Source of the DNA: Octopus bimaculoides
Taxonomy: Eukaryota
Length of the DNA: 64,000 nt
Direction of reading: 5' to 3'
NCBI RefSeq assembly: GCF_001194135.2
Contig: NC_068989.1
Coordinates: forward strand, 96,466,476 to 96,530,475
Shown: piece by piece, positions 1 through 12,784 of the stretch
Layout: every line of letters begins with the position of its first letter
Numbering within the stretch: the first letter of the stretch is position 1
The notes under the pieces: model-generated
Told to the model about the DNA's origin: nothing
The model's database searches: none
Seen by the model: the letters and a program-made list of their open reading frames with translations, nothing else
Translations under genes and position numbers: made by a program

Positions 1-37
<37 letters not shown>

Positions 38-309
38 ACATACACATATACATACATATATATACACACACACACATATATACATATATATTATACATAC
101 ATATATTTACATGCATACACATATATTGTCATCATCATCATCGTCATCATTTTCTCATTTTTGCATTTAAATTCCTATACATTTGTACATACATCCTTAT
201 TGTTATTGTCTAAACATTGATATCATTATCATTGTCATCACCTCCTTCAACAGCATCATCATCATATTTATATTTAAATGAATTTTTTCCTATTGGCTTA
301 TGCAAATAT

Positions 310-353
<44 letters not shown>

Positions 354-639
354 GAGTTTTTAAATAAATACATTTCCTATGAAAGCAAGTCTATAAACAG
401 AAGGAAGAAAATTTGCCAAAGTCATACAAAGTTAGGTAAACATGGTGTGTAACTAATGTATTTTGAAGCATTCTTAATAAATTAGTTGTGAGTGAGGTGG
501 AGAGGTGTAGTGGGATTTCAGGATGGGGGTGGAATTCAGGAGATTAAATATGTCTTACATTGTGTTAAACATTCATATTACATACACACACACATTTATT
601 ACATACATACATATATATATATATGTATGTATGTATATA

Positions 640-1042
640 TATGAATCCTCCTCCACTACTTCATCATTTTCTTTTCTTATTTATCTTTGAGATTCTTTCT
701 TTCTTATTTTTCTATCCTGACCTTCTTCATTCACTCCCCCCTCCTTCATCTTTACCTTTTATTCTTTCTACTCCTTCATTTTCTTCGTTTTATCTTTTTT
801 CTTCTTCCTTTCCTTTTTTCTTCGTTAATGCTGCTTATTTGTTTCATTCTTCTAATTAGATTTTCTTTTATCTTTTTTCATCTTTCCTGTTTCCTTTTTC
901 TTCTTAGATTCTTTCTTTCTTTGTATTATCTTCACTCTCTTTTTTCTCATTCTTTTCTCTTTTTATTCTTCTTTCCTTTCTCCTTGGTTTTACTTCCTTT
1001 TCTTTCTCTCCCTTTTCATCTTCTTTTATCTATTTTGCTTTG

Positions 1043-1073
<31 letters not shown>

Positions 1074-1085
1074 TTTCCAATCTTC
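640..1085. repeat. CT-rich low-complexity pyrimidine tract
   Basis: Almost pure C/T sequence with (TTTC)n. It explains the F/L/S-rich spurious ORFs 623-859 and 687-1256. Confidence 0.9.
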
Positions 1086-3559
1086 GGATATGAGAACAAT
1101 AATATTTTACTTTGCATATCAGAAAGAAAGAAAGAAAGAAAGACAGAAGAGGATAAAAAAAAAATAGTGAAGCCAATTTTTTCCCTTTTTTGGCCAAGAA
1201 CCCCCCCCCCCTCTGCTCCTGGCTTTCTTTTACAAAGCATAAATCATCAATGGTAAAAACTAAGACAGACAGACACTCATATTCTTCAAGCAATTTGATG
1301 TTTGCAGCTGAATGAATTATATTTATGTATTTGGCACCGATGGCCCAAGCAGGCTTTTGCAAGAATATGAGATACTGCTTTCACTCTGAATTATAGAGGG
1401 CAGTGCAAAGGAAGTAATTTCATCATTGTCTTCCTTTCTTTTGTTGTTGTTGTTGTCGATCTGGGCAAATGAGAACTAAAAACAAATGAGGAAATCTAAT
1501 TGATGGCCGTAAATCTCAAGTTTTTTTGTTTTTTTATTATTTCTTTATCTAGTTAACCATATTTTATGATTTCTCTCTTGATAGTTGGTTGGGAGGCCCT
1601 TGTGTTCATTCCTTTTTTAACTACTATGGTAGACAAATAAATTAATGAATAAAAATATCTACAACAATAGTTATTTAGGTTTTTTGACTTTTTTTTGTCA
1701 CTGTTACTCTTACTGCTTTTTTTGGTGGAAATTTTCTTTTCTTCTTCTTTTTGCTTGTTTTTCTGTTTTATTTCGTTTCGTTATGATTTTCTGAGTTGTT
1801 TTGTCCTTCAGATTTAGCTTAAACTGCAATGGCGTGAGTTATTTTATCATTGAGAAACCCTCCCTGGCACAAAGCAACCCATTATTCTGATTTCGAGAGG
1901 AGATTGATTGACTTTTAACAACAACACAATGTATAATATCTGTATTCTTTCATGAAGGGTTCCATCCAAATTTCAGATATTTATTCTCAAAGAAGCACAT
2001 TGGATATGAGTTAAAAAAGGGGTCGAACTATTGACCACACAATCATAGGTTTCTTATATTGTGACAGTCAATATGTTGTTCCCTTTGAGTAAGACACGCA
2101 TAAATCTGTTTACTCTGGTTTGCTTGACTGACAAAAATACATGCTGCACTTCTTTTCTGCAGTTGAATGGTTAACAGTATGAAGAGCATCTATCTTTAAC
2201 CATTTTTGGCCTCAAGTAAGCATTGAAGAATGTGACATTTGCTACAAGAGCAAAGAACAAGAAGACATTCGTTATGGTTATTATTGCCACAATGGGAAAA
2301 GAACTGGGACACATTAAATGTGGCTGTTACTTTTCACATGGGCCAACAATTAGATACACTAATTATGAGCCACAAGGGCAATGTAAAGGGAGACTTCACT
2401 TGGGGGTCATTATTGCCCCAAAGGCTAAGAATGAAAGATATTAAATGTGAGCTTTAATTACCACAAGGTCCGAGATTAGGGGACACTACATGTGATCTGT
2501 TTTTTAGGATGAAGATCAGAAATCTTTATGAAAATGGATTAGAAAAGAGGGTTTTCTCCCTCCCAGAGCTGGCATTTTAAGGTTATTTTCTCTGTTAAAG
2601 AAGTTAGCCTTGTGAACTTCATAACAGTTTTCATTTTCCCCTATCCTCTTCAAAACCCTTTACCAACCTCCTTGCTCTCATTCCTTCCTCTGTTATATTT
2701 TGTTTTTATTTATTTATGTTTCAATGGCAACGTCTCCCTTTCCTCTGCTTCCTTCCACATTCATTTCCATCACATTGCTCATTCAGTCACTCTCATCCTT
2801 CTTAAGCAAATGAGCCAGCCATCTTATCCCATTTCTTAACATCCTTTACCGACTTTGTTTCTCTGCACTTTATTGTCTGTCTCTCTATTTTGACAATATT
2901 CTGCTCAGCCGGAATTCTCTAATTCAGTTTTGTAATAGGTTCAGAAAAGAAGGTTTATAAAATAATAAGAGAGTAAAAAAGAAACAAGTAAAAGTCATCT
3001 TATGAAATCCAACATCAAGAAAAGCCATCCAAGAGAATATTTACCTGTGTTTAATGCAATGGAAACTATTGCATTCCTTTGATTAGGAGAGAATTAACTG
3101 ATATTTATTCATTTTTCTATCTGAATTCTTTTCAGTTCATTATATATGTAACAAAAACACTCAGAGAGTGAAAACCTCTGCCAAGGCAACACCAAATTCC
3201 TCTCAACGATTAGCCAGAGATGATTATTAAAATGAGAATATCTGAAATAAACTTGACTGCTCTCACAAATGAGAATATTAAAAACGAACAGGACCACTCT
3301 CAAAAATTAAGTAAAAGAACCAGAAAAATAATCCATAATCCTTGTTGGGTACTGGATTGATCCCAGTGGTAGTCATGGAATGTGAAGGTGGGTGTAGAAA
3401 ACTTAGCAACAGTAATAAATAGTTTATCCTTATCTAATACAAGCCAAAGTTAACAAATTCACCATTCAAAACAGTTATATCCTAAAGGGAGACAATTGAG
3501 AAAGACTTGAAAGTTAACATTAGATTGTAATCATGTAATGTAAAGTAAATATCAGAAAT

Positions 3560-3742
3560 AATCTAGAATTCTTGTCCAGTACCAGATCGATCCCAAAATC
3601 TAATAAGGTTGTGCCAGTCACAAGGCCAAACATCCCTGAAAGTTTTATCTGAATCCTTTAAGCGGTTCTTGAGATATCTTGTCCAGAGACAAACAAACAT
3701 GGTTGAAAACAATACTTCCGCCTTCATTAAGGCGGAGGTAAT
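3560..3742 (-). mobile_element. Probable non-autonomous Helentron-associated (HINE/DINE-like) element end
   Basis: Terminal 12-bp hairpin TACTTCCGCCTT-CATT-AAGGCGGAGGTA (3713-3740). On the minus strand it is followed by tgttttc, gtttgtttgtc and agatatctcaagaacc...gataaaactttc, an arrangement resembling HINE-type elements as I recall them. Confidence 0.5.
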
Positions 3743-5104
3743 TAGCAAGTTCGGAGCATTCTATTATTTGCCGAAAGTGAATACTCAGAACTCTGAAAGA
3801 AACTGAGTGGATTTGATACTAGATCCCCTTTTCTCATGACTTAAACAAATGAGGAAAGAGGGAGCTCAGCCTACCATGACTGGCATGAGGAGAAGACAGA
3901 GCAAGGTTCCGTTTGCGGAATAAAGCATCTTCGTTGAAAACAATGAAGGGTTTGGTTCCAGGAAAGATATTTGGTCACTGAACAATGTCTCAAATATTCT
4001 TATTCCTCTTCTGCCAATATAGGAAAAGCAAATACAGAAACAACAATGATGATAATTACTTATTCATTCACAAAAGATGTATTTTTAAATATGATTTCAG
4101 CATTTTTGTGTAGCATCAAGCTTCACCTTGCAGCTAATCGATCCAAAACAACCATTTTAGGGCAAAAAACTTTCCATAATTTCGTTGTATACCTTACATT
4201 CTTAATTCTAATTTCTCCATACTCTTGTAGCTAATTGAAATAAGGATTGCTCTAGAATTACGATGAATATTCAAATTTTCTGAAATTATCTTCATTTCTA
4301 AAAATTACTCTTCACTCCATATATTTGATCGTTATTTCATTAAGGTGTCATCATTAACTCACAGTGTTCTCAGAACTCATCAAAATTCTTCATAATCCTA
4401 GCCTACTTAGTGCAGTTAATTTTCTTTTTTAATTTCATCTTAAGGTTTTAAAGTTATCAAAATCCCAGGAACAAAAATTAGTTTTTTTTTCAATTCACAT
4501 TCTTTGGATTGAATCTCAGATTCATCAAATAATTTTTTATTTTTTCTCCTTAAATTCTGTTTAATTCTCCTTTTATTTTCCTCTGTCTTCAGAGCTTTGC
4601 TCATTTATAAGAAAATGTTTATGATTTCTTTTGAATTCGTATTTTCAGTTTCATATTTCTTCATTGTTGCTCCTTAGTTTTAGCATCCACACTTCCAATG
4701 CCACTTGATTTAGATGAAACTTTGTTGAAGCAGATTTTCTACAGTTGAATCTTCTTCCTGTCACTAACCATTATCCGTTTCCAAGAAAGGTAATATTTCC
4801 CCTCGTCCTTCAAACAATAGACAGCTCAATGGCCAGACATATTTAAACAAACATCACCGTTTGTATGGTGGTGACTTCTGTTTACACATTGCTCACCCGT
4901 GTCAGGACGAAGAGAAACACTTGCATGCACCAATAACAGTGAGTTCCTTCCTAATTTCATCTGAAACATTTCCCTTGCCAAGCATTCGTCAACCTGTGAC
5001 AAAGCAGAAGATATCAGCCAACAGGGTCCACACAGAGAGAACTGACCCTTAGCCATGGGGTTCTCAAGCAAACTCCTTAATCCTGTCATCTCACCTGCGT
5101 CTGT

Positions 5105-5310
5105 TTATTGTTTGTCTTTCATTTGCTTCAGTCGTTAAACTGTGGCCATGCTGGGGCACAACCTTGAATTTTTAGTTGAAGGAATCAGCCCCAGTACTTA
5201 TTTTTTTAAAGCCTGGTACTTATTTTATTGATCTCTTTTGCTAAACCACTAAGTTACAGGGATGTAAACACACTAACATTGATTGTCAAGCAGTAGTGGG
5301 AGATAAACAC
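5105..5310 (-). mobile_element. SINE (CORE-type family) 3' portion
   Basis: Contains tgtggccatgctggggcac and ccagtacttatt / ctggtacttatt motifs shared with copies at 24450-24600 and 53215-53310. Confidence 0.7.
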
Positions 5311-5328
5311 AGACATGAAAACATACTC

Positions 5329-5361
<33 letters not shown>

Positions 5362-5440
5362 NNNNNNNNNNNNNNNNNNNNNNNNNNNNNNNNNNNNNNN
5401 NNNNNNNNNNNNNNNNNNNNNNNNNNNNNNNNNNNNNNNN
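5362..5440. other. Assembly gap inside (TA)n microsatellite
   Basis: N-run flanked by (TA)n on both sides. Other N-runs: 8067-8367, 9316-9325, 13767-13919, 18695-19002, 19560-20539, 29062-29071, 45110-45420. Confidence 0.99.
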
Positions 5441-5479
<39 letters not shown>

Positions 5480-5484
<5 letters not shown>

Positions 5485-5632
5485 GCTTCTTTCAGTTTCC
5501 GTCTACCAGATCTACTCACAAGACTTTGGTCAGCCTAAGGTTATACTAGAAGACACTTGCCCAAGGTGCTATGCAGTGCGACTGAACCTGGAACCATGTG
5601 GCTGGGAAGCACACTTCTTACCATACAGCCAC
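5480..5632 (-). mobile_element. tRNA-derived SINE (family 1)
   Basis: ggcttctttcagtttccgtctacca...agaagacacttgcccaaggtg...actgaacctggaaccatgtgg...cttcttaccatacagccac. The reverse complement has a tRNA-like head with a B-box-like ggttcagtc. Confidence 0.85.
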
Positions 5633-6372
5633 AATGATTGAAAGAAAAAGAATTTGCTTCAATAAAGCCTCATTTTTACAGTCTGATCTCACATTCTCTT
5701 GCTTGAAAAGTTTACTCCTCCAAACAATATTGAAATCATACAGACACACAAAGTGTAAACTAGATTATTACATGTAATGGTGTTTTCCCTCACAAGTTTA
5801 TTCTATATTTTCTGAACGGGGGTTTGCTCACCTCTATGAAACCAGTTAATTTAAAAGTTTTACAGAAATGCCATGATCTCTTTTATGTCAGTTTTTGAAA
5901 TAGATTTCAATCCTCTGCGCTCTGTCTCTTGACAAATGAAGTTAAACCTAATATTGCTAATCTGACTTGTGCCAGTTTGTAAAATAGAACTGAAATCTAC
6001 TGAGGCTGCCTCATTTGAGAAATAGTAACCAAATACCGTCAAAATATTACATTGACTTAGCAATTCATTTCTTTCTTGTCTTCTGCAACTAAGTTTGATA
6101 TTCCCAATATCATGTCCTGTAGGATACAGCTGTTATGATAACTTTGATGTATGAAATTTGTCCAAAAATAGTTTTGCTGCAAAGAATTTTCTTCTGCTAA
6201 ATGTATACATGTATATAACTATTTGGGGAGTTCTGGACTAAATTATCGAAATAAAACAGATAGATGGATGGGAAACTGCCTTGTATATATCAAAAATATC
6301 TCTATTTCTTACTGTTTGTTCATTTATTTATTTTTGGTTTGGCACGGTCTGGTCTCGTGGAAGAGGCTGTGC

Positions 6373-6460
6373 TGTGAATGAGATTCAGGTGTGTTGTGAA
6401 TGAGATTCAGGTGTGCTGTGAATGAGATTCAGGTGTGTTGTGAATGAGATTCAGGTGTGT
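6373..6460 (+). repeat. 22-bp minisatellite x4 (TGTGAATGAGATTCAGGTGTGY)
   Basis: Four consecutive units starting at 6373, 6395, 6417 and 6439. Confidence 0.95.
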
Positions 6461-6534
6461 TGTGCACACGTATGTGAGTGTAAGTATGTAGGTGTCTGTA
6501 TGAGTTTTGCTTCTTTTGCTACAACTCTAGGTAA

Positions 6535-6611
<77 letters not shown>

Positions 6612-7311
6612 TGTATTTTGCAACATTCTAATAATTAGTGTACATAACTGTGATACATTTATGTATCACATCTTTTGACTACCTGCTGTATTTCATTCTT
6701 TAGTTTGGAAGTAAAAGAAAAGAACAAAATCAAAATATAAAAATACAAATATAATTTATGAGAGGAATCTATTTTTTATATGATTTTTTGATCGAAGGTT
6801 AACAATTTGGTTTCAGGACAGTTGTTATATTCCATGCTACACATAAGTTCCCTATTTCTGTAGCCATTAGTTTTTTTGGTGAAGGGGATGTCCTTATTTC
6901 TTTTTCTACATTAGAAGTTCCATTTTGAAGTATCACATTCGCATCTGTGTGTGTGTGTGTGTGTGTGTGTATGCATGCATGTATGTGTGTATCAGCAGAA
7001 AGGTGAAGACTGTTTAGAATGTCAAAATATTTCAAGCATCAACAGGGAGAGTCTTGTGCCTTTTGATCATACCATATCTATTCTGTTTCAGATATCTCTT
7101 TTCATATAAAATATGTAATCTGTGTGTGTGTGTGTGTGCACGTGTGTGTGCACGTGTGTGTGTGTGTGTGTGTGGGTGTATGTAATCCTATGAATTACCT
7201 GGTCATACATACAGATATGTGTGAATATGTGTATATGTTTCTATACATATGTACATATGAGTGTGTAATCTATATCTAAGTAAGTGTACACACACATACT
7301 TACAGGCATTA

Positions 7312-7361
<50 letters not shown>

Positions 7362-8532
7362 TTACATATAGACACTACTGTATACATATATACACACACT
7401 CACACACTTACATACAGACATTGATATATCCATATCTACACACACACACTTACATATAGACAGGGAGAGATATACACCCACATATGCACATACATGTTAT
7501 CAGAGAGAAACGGATTTGGTAAAAATATCTGTAAATGATCTAAATATCCTTCCTGTAAGAATCTCACAAAAGACTTGAATAAACTGTCATTGCAATATTT
7601 GCTGTGTGCATTGTTGGAGCTGCAAACACCATTGCAGGTTTTCTAGCTTCTGCTATTATTTTGTACGGACACATAGGTTGAGTGACCAGTTAAAACCTGT
7701 TTCATGAATGTTCTTTGTTTAGGTCAACTTTTGAAAATCATTAAGCATGTCTTTTTATTTCTTCTTCCTAAGTTGTGAGTCAGTTTGTTAATTTCAGGCA
7801 TGTCTTTTAATATTCTTGCTTCTTTCCGAATTGCTAAGGCGCCATTGATGTAGCTGTAAGTTTTCAAGACCAAAGTTGTTCTGTTTTATTTCCTCCATAT
7901 TAACTGCTGTGTATTTAGTTTCTCTCATGTTAACTTCCTGATCTTTATCTTCTTTTTGTTTTGTTCTCTTTGTTTTTTACTTCCTTTTTCTAACCTTCTG
8001 AAAAGCTTCCTTTCACAAAATGTTTTACAGAAGAGATTGTGTATATATATATATATATATATATATNNNNNNNNNNNNNNNNNNNNNNNNNNNNNNNNNN
8101 NNNNNNNNNNNNNNNNNNNNNNNNNNNNNNNNNNNNNNNNNNNNNNNNNNNNNNNNNNNNNNNNNNNNNNNNNNNNNNNNNNNNNNNNNNNNNNNNNNNN
8201 NNNNNNNNNNNNNNNNNNNNNNNNNNNNNNNNNNNNNNNNNNNNNNNNNNNNNNNNNNNNNNNNNNNNNNNNNNNNNNNNNNNNNNNNNNNNNNNNNNNN
8301 NNNNNNNNNNNNNNNNNNNNNNNNNNNNNNNNNNNNNNNNNNNNNNNNNNNNNNNNNNNNNNNNNNNTATATATATATATCAGTTTAATACACAACCAAA
8401 AGAGCTGTTGATAGTTTCATGCTTTTATGATATTCTAACCATGCGTATTATAAAATACATCATTAATCTTCCACTGCATACTCATTCACACATATATAGA
8501 CTCACACACACATATACACTTGCATCTACACA

Positions 8533-8578
<46 letters not shown>

Positions 8579-8714
8579 TATATTTATATATTTCGGGAAT
8601 AAATGATGGATTTTTTCCCTTATGAGGTTTTTTCACGCTAGCTACTTGATAAATTCTTGTAAAAGAATTCGTCCTATTATTGAATTTATATATATATATA
8701 TATATATAGTTGTA

Positions 8715-9140
8715 TTGAACTGACCATATCGTGACAATGAGTGACAAAAAAATACCCAAAGTCCTCATGAACGACCAGCTTGATAGTGGGCACAAGAACA
8801 TTGGTCAACCATGGCTCAGATATAAGGACAAACTGAAGAGTAACCTCTCAGCAGTCGATATGGTTCACAACACCTTTGAGCAAACAAAATGGAGAATACT
8901 GTGTTAAAATGGTACAATAGATTTTGGTTCAACCAGCATTAACAGGTTTAGGGGTGCAAGGTAAAGGAGAAAAGCAGCTGCAAATATGCCGCCTGCACTG
9001 ACCCGTAATCCTCATACTTGCAACATTTGTGGGCTTCTGTGCAAATCGTTGGTGGGAGTCGTATCTCACATAAAGGCATTATGACTGACAAAGAAAGTTC
9101 AGGCTGTCAGATCCTCATACATCGAAACCAACAGGAGACT
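8715..9140 (+). mobile_element. RTE-clade LINE, 5'-truncated 3' end
   Basis: Decayed frames read MSDKKIPKVL...GQPWLRYKDKLKSNL and HTCNICGLLCKSLVGVVSH (C-terminal Cys/His motif of RTE ORFs), followed by a short UTR and a TATG tail. Confidence 0.85.
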
Positions 9141-9278
9141 CCATATGTATGTATGTGTGTATATAAACATATATCTATCTATATATATTTTTGTATATAA
9201 CATTGACTACTAAAGTGGACATTTAATGTGCTAGAAATAGACCACGTGTCTACTAAGACCTAAATTGTTCTCAAAACG

Positions 9279-9315
<37 letters not shown>

Positions 9316-9325
9316 NNNNNNNNNN

Positions 9326-10425
9326 TAGATGCCGAATCATCTAACCACGAAGAAATATGTTCTCAGTAAAAAATTAGCGACACAACAGACTGTAAAAGGG
9401 CAAGACAAATGAAAAAATATTTTTAAAAAACGATTAACCTACGTACCATGGTTTCACCTGTTAAAATTTACGTAAGTAAATATCTGCAGGGTCATCAGCG
9501 TAGTCTGTCGATTTAAAAATATAATTTCCAGAACTAGACATAAGACGTCCACCCGAAATGGAGCACGTGTAGAGTTCTACAAATTACATTCAGTGTATCC
9601 CTTCAAATGTCTTCAATCTGGTGCGCTAAGGCCGGAAATAACTCTGCAGTTAATACATTTTTTTTAGTATTTTTTCATTTGTCTTGCCCTTTTACAGTCT
9701 GTTGTGTCGCTAATTTTTTACTGAGAACATATTTCTTCATCGTTAGTTGATTCGGCATCTATTTCTAGCATACAGGAGTCTACTTTTGCTGGTCATTCCT
9801 CTTATTTTTGTATGTAATATAATTTTAATCTTTGAATTTTTTTAATATGCTAAGCCACTGGTTTTAATTGATTAATATCAATTTCTACCCTTATTAATAA
9901 ATTTTAGATAATGATATTCTCAAACTAGTAAATTAGCTGCAAAAATTTATTAGCTGCAGAGTTATTTCCAGCCTTAGCGCACCAGATTGAAGACATTTGA
10001 AGGGATACACTGAATGTAATTTGTAGAACTCTACACGTGCTCCATTTTGGGTGGACGTCTTATGTCTAGTTCTGGAAATTATATTTTTAAATCAACAGAC
10101 TATGCTGATGATCCTGCAGATATTTACTTACGTAAATTTTAACAGGTGAAACCATGGTACGTAGGTTAATCATTTTTTTTTCTTAGTATTTTTTCGTTTG
10201 TCTTGCCCTTTTACAGTCTGTTGTATCGCTATTTTTTTACTGGGAACATATTTCTTCGTGGTTAGATGATTCGGCATCTATTTCTAGCATATAGGAGTCC
10301 ACTTTTGCTGGTCATTCCGCTTATTTTTGTATGTAATATAATTTTAATCTTCGGATTTTTTAAATATGCTAAGCCACTGGTTTTAATTGATTAATATCAA
10401 TTTCTACCCTTATTGATAAATTTTA
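9326..10425. mobile_element. Fold-back / long-TIR non-autonomous DNA element embedded in (TA)n
   Basis: 9326-9655 is the reverse complement of about 9948-10280. 9665-9906 is a direct repeat of 10184-10425. (TA)n lies on both flanks and the left end is hidden in a 10-N gap. Confidence 0.8.
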
Positions 10426-10461
<36 letters not shown>

Positions 10462-10615
10462 AGGGCTTTAGTAAGTTTTCATCAAGCAAATTTTCTCACA
10501 AGCTATTAGCTTGGATATAGTAGGAGACATTTGATCAAAGATGCAATGCAGTGGGACTGAACCTGAAAGTACAAGATTCAGAAGGGAACTTGTTAACCAC
10601 ACAGCCATGCCTGCA
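10462..10615 (-). mobile_element. tRNA-derived SINE (family 1), diverged
   Basis: gcagtgggactgaacctg...aaccacacagccatgcctgcacct matches the family-1 reverse complement. Confidence 0.75.
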
Positions 10616-10646
10616 CCTATACAGTTATACACAGACACATACATAT

Positions 10647-10692
<46 letters not shown>

Positions 10693-11147
10693 TCACATGC
10701 ACACACAAACACACATACAAACGCATATATATCTTTTTAATTTCTGCCTTTTGTATTCTGAGTTCAAATCCCACGGAGGTCAACTTTGCTTTTCATGTTT
10801 CTGGAGTCTGGAAGGCAAACTGAGTGAAGAACTGGCAACAAAATAAATTTATACGGATGCTCAATTTTTTTTTCTGTGCACGTATATACGTGTAAGCATG
10901 TATAAGTGTATGTCTGTGCGTGTGTGTGCGTGTGTGTGTATATATACATATATATATAGAGAGAGAGATAGAGTGAGAGGTAAGGCAAGAGAGGGGGATA
11001 CAAATGTGAGGGAGAGAGATTTAAACATGTATATGTATGCGTGCCTACACACACACACACACACATATATATGTATTTATATGTAGTATACATATTTGTA
11101 TGCATACAGCATGTATAAATGTAAAGTTATTTATTTGTAGGTATGAA

Positions 11148-11185
<38 letters not shown>

Positions 11186-11479
11186 GTATGTATATGTTAT
11201 GTGTGTGTGTGTGCTCATCGCTCACTCTCTTATTATAACCCCATCATGTTAGATCTCTTGTCTTCTTTCCACTTCTTTTATAACCATTTCCCCTCCTCGC
11301 ATCTATTTGATTGTTACACAAGTTTGATTACTTAGTGCAATGTACTTCACAGCTGAACGCTTTAGCATAATAGAAACAACGAAGCTGTTTTCATCTTGCT
11401 TCCACTGAAGCAAATAAAATCATATACTTTGGCTGAAGGCATTGGTTAGCTTCTCAACTCATAACCTTTGCCTGGATTG

Positions 11480-11600
11480 GTGGAATCATTAGAGCATTGG
11501 ACTAAATACCTTGTAGTGTTTAATTTTCGACCTTTATGTTCCAAGTTCAGACCCTGCCAAGGCCAGCTTCACTTTTCATTTTTCTTGAGTCAAGAAAATA
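11480..11600 (+). mobile_element. CORE-type SINE fragment
   Basis: aagttcagaccctgccaaggccagcttcacttttcat, a motif shared with 37255-37445 and 62075-62285. Confidence 0.6.
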
Positions 11601-11954
11601 AAATAAATGGAAAATTGATGCCAAAATAAGCTGTTACTGGTACCCAGTTTCTTCAAGTAACCCTGATGAAACTATCTTTGAACCTTCTTCATGCAGTTTG
11701 TGCTTTAAGGGTGGATGAGGGTGTAAGACTGAAGATATCTACAGAATTCCTGTGATAAGCAGTAACCTTCTGGTGCTATTAACTTTGAAAGAGATTATGT
11801 CTGGTGCAAGAAAATATTGACATTAGAAGATATTTATCTTCATAATCTGATAGAACATTAAGCAAAGTACCTTGTGGTATTTAGTCAGGCTTCTTACCAT
11901 ATTTCAGGAACTTAAACTTCCAACTTATCATCCATCTAGTCTTTGTGTGCCTTT

Positions 11955-12385
11955 AGCAGAAGAATTGTTCCACTGAGATGCAAGGATTCAGGTCAGGCCC
12001 ACCCCACCTGTCTTGTAAGCACCTGTATATACTGTCCATGAAGAGGCTTCTGGCTCCACCACCCCTCAGTTTGTTTCTGTCCGTTCCTTTTTGCAGTCTG
12101 TTTGATTCGTTTTGCTTGTTTGGTGGCAGTGGTTTCAAGTTCTTCATCTAATCCAGGTTTAATGCCGAGTTCCCTTGCGAATTTCCAAGCTTCCTTGACA
12201 ATGGAATGTGATCTTTTGCTGCTTTTATGTTTGCACACAAGCTGCAACATCCACTCCTCTCTACTAGATAAGTACCTGTTCATTGCTCTTGTGGAGGTCT
12301 CCGAGCACAGTTCTGCCTGCATCATTCCTCTCCCCACATTATGTCTAGGCAGGTACAGATGATCAACATCTGCTTCTGGGTTTGT
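11955..12385 (-). mobile_element. R4/Dong-type (RLE) LINE internal fragment
   Basis: Reads ADVDHLYLPRHNVGRGMMQAE...KPLHGQY, matching the post-RT HPxADVDRLYLPRxxGGRGL / KPLHGQY motifs. It begins directly after a (TAA)n/(GAA)n array at 12386-12503. Confidence 0.85.
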
Positions 12386-12397
12386 CTTCTTCTTCTT

Positions 12398-12502
<105 letters not shown>

Positions 12503-12725
12503 TTAACTTTTGTTTCTTTATTAGGTTTTTACTTGGTAGAAAGTGAAATATTGCTGTTTATTGCTACCTTTTTCTCCTTATTTTTTTTAATTTTGTCTTT
12601 CTTTCTGTCTTTATTTTACATCATTTTCTTTATGTTGTTACCATTGGAAGATCTTTTCTAAGTTTCATAGTTCTTTCGTCAACAAATGCCAGTCTTCATC
12701 ACTTGCAAACAAGTATGGGTTAGTT

Positions 12726-12784
12726 GTACCTTGGTGGGTCGTACCTTGGTGGGTCGTACCTTGGTGGGTCGTACCTTGGTGGGT
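12726..12784 (+). repeat. 15-bp minisatellite x about 4 (GTACCTTGGTGGGTC)
   Basis: Units start at 12726, 12741, 12756 and 12771. Confidence 0.95.

Noticed and set aside
1900-2580. Coding-looking stretches (e.g. EGFHPNFRYLFSKKHIGYELKKG; ORFs 2223-2457), and similarly 3850-4700 and 53601-53855
   Set aside because: Possibly ancient TE remnants, but I could not match any diagnostic motif, so they are left uncalled.
7504-7554. Possible 51-nt exon RETDLVKISVNDLNILP with GTAAGA donor and an internal U12-like ATATCCTT
   Set aside because: The acceptor lacks a pyrimidine tract and lies in CA/TA low-complexity sequence, and no U12 branch site or AC acceptor partner was seen.
12726-12784. Short regular repeats (also 6373-6460) considered as CRISPR-like arrays
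   Set aside because: Contiguous tandem units without unique spacers, in eukaryotic context with no cas genes.
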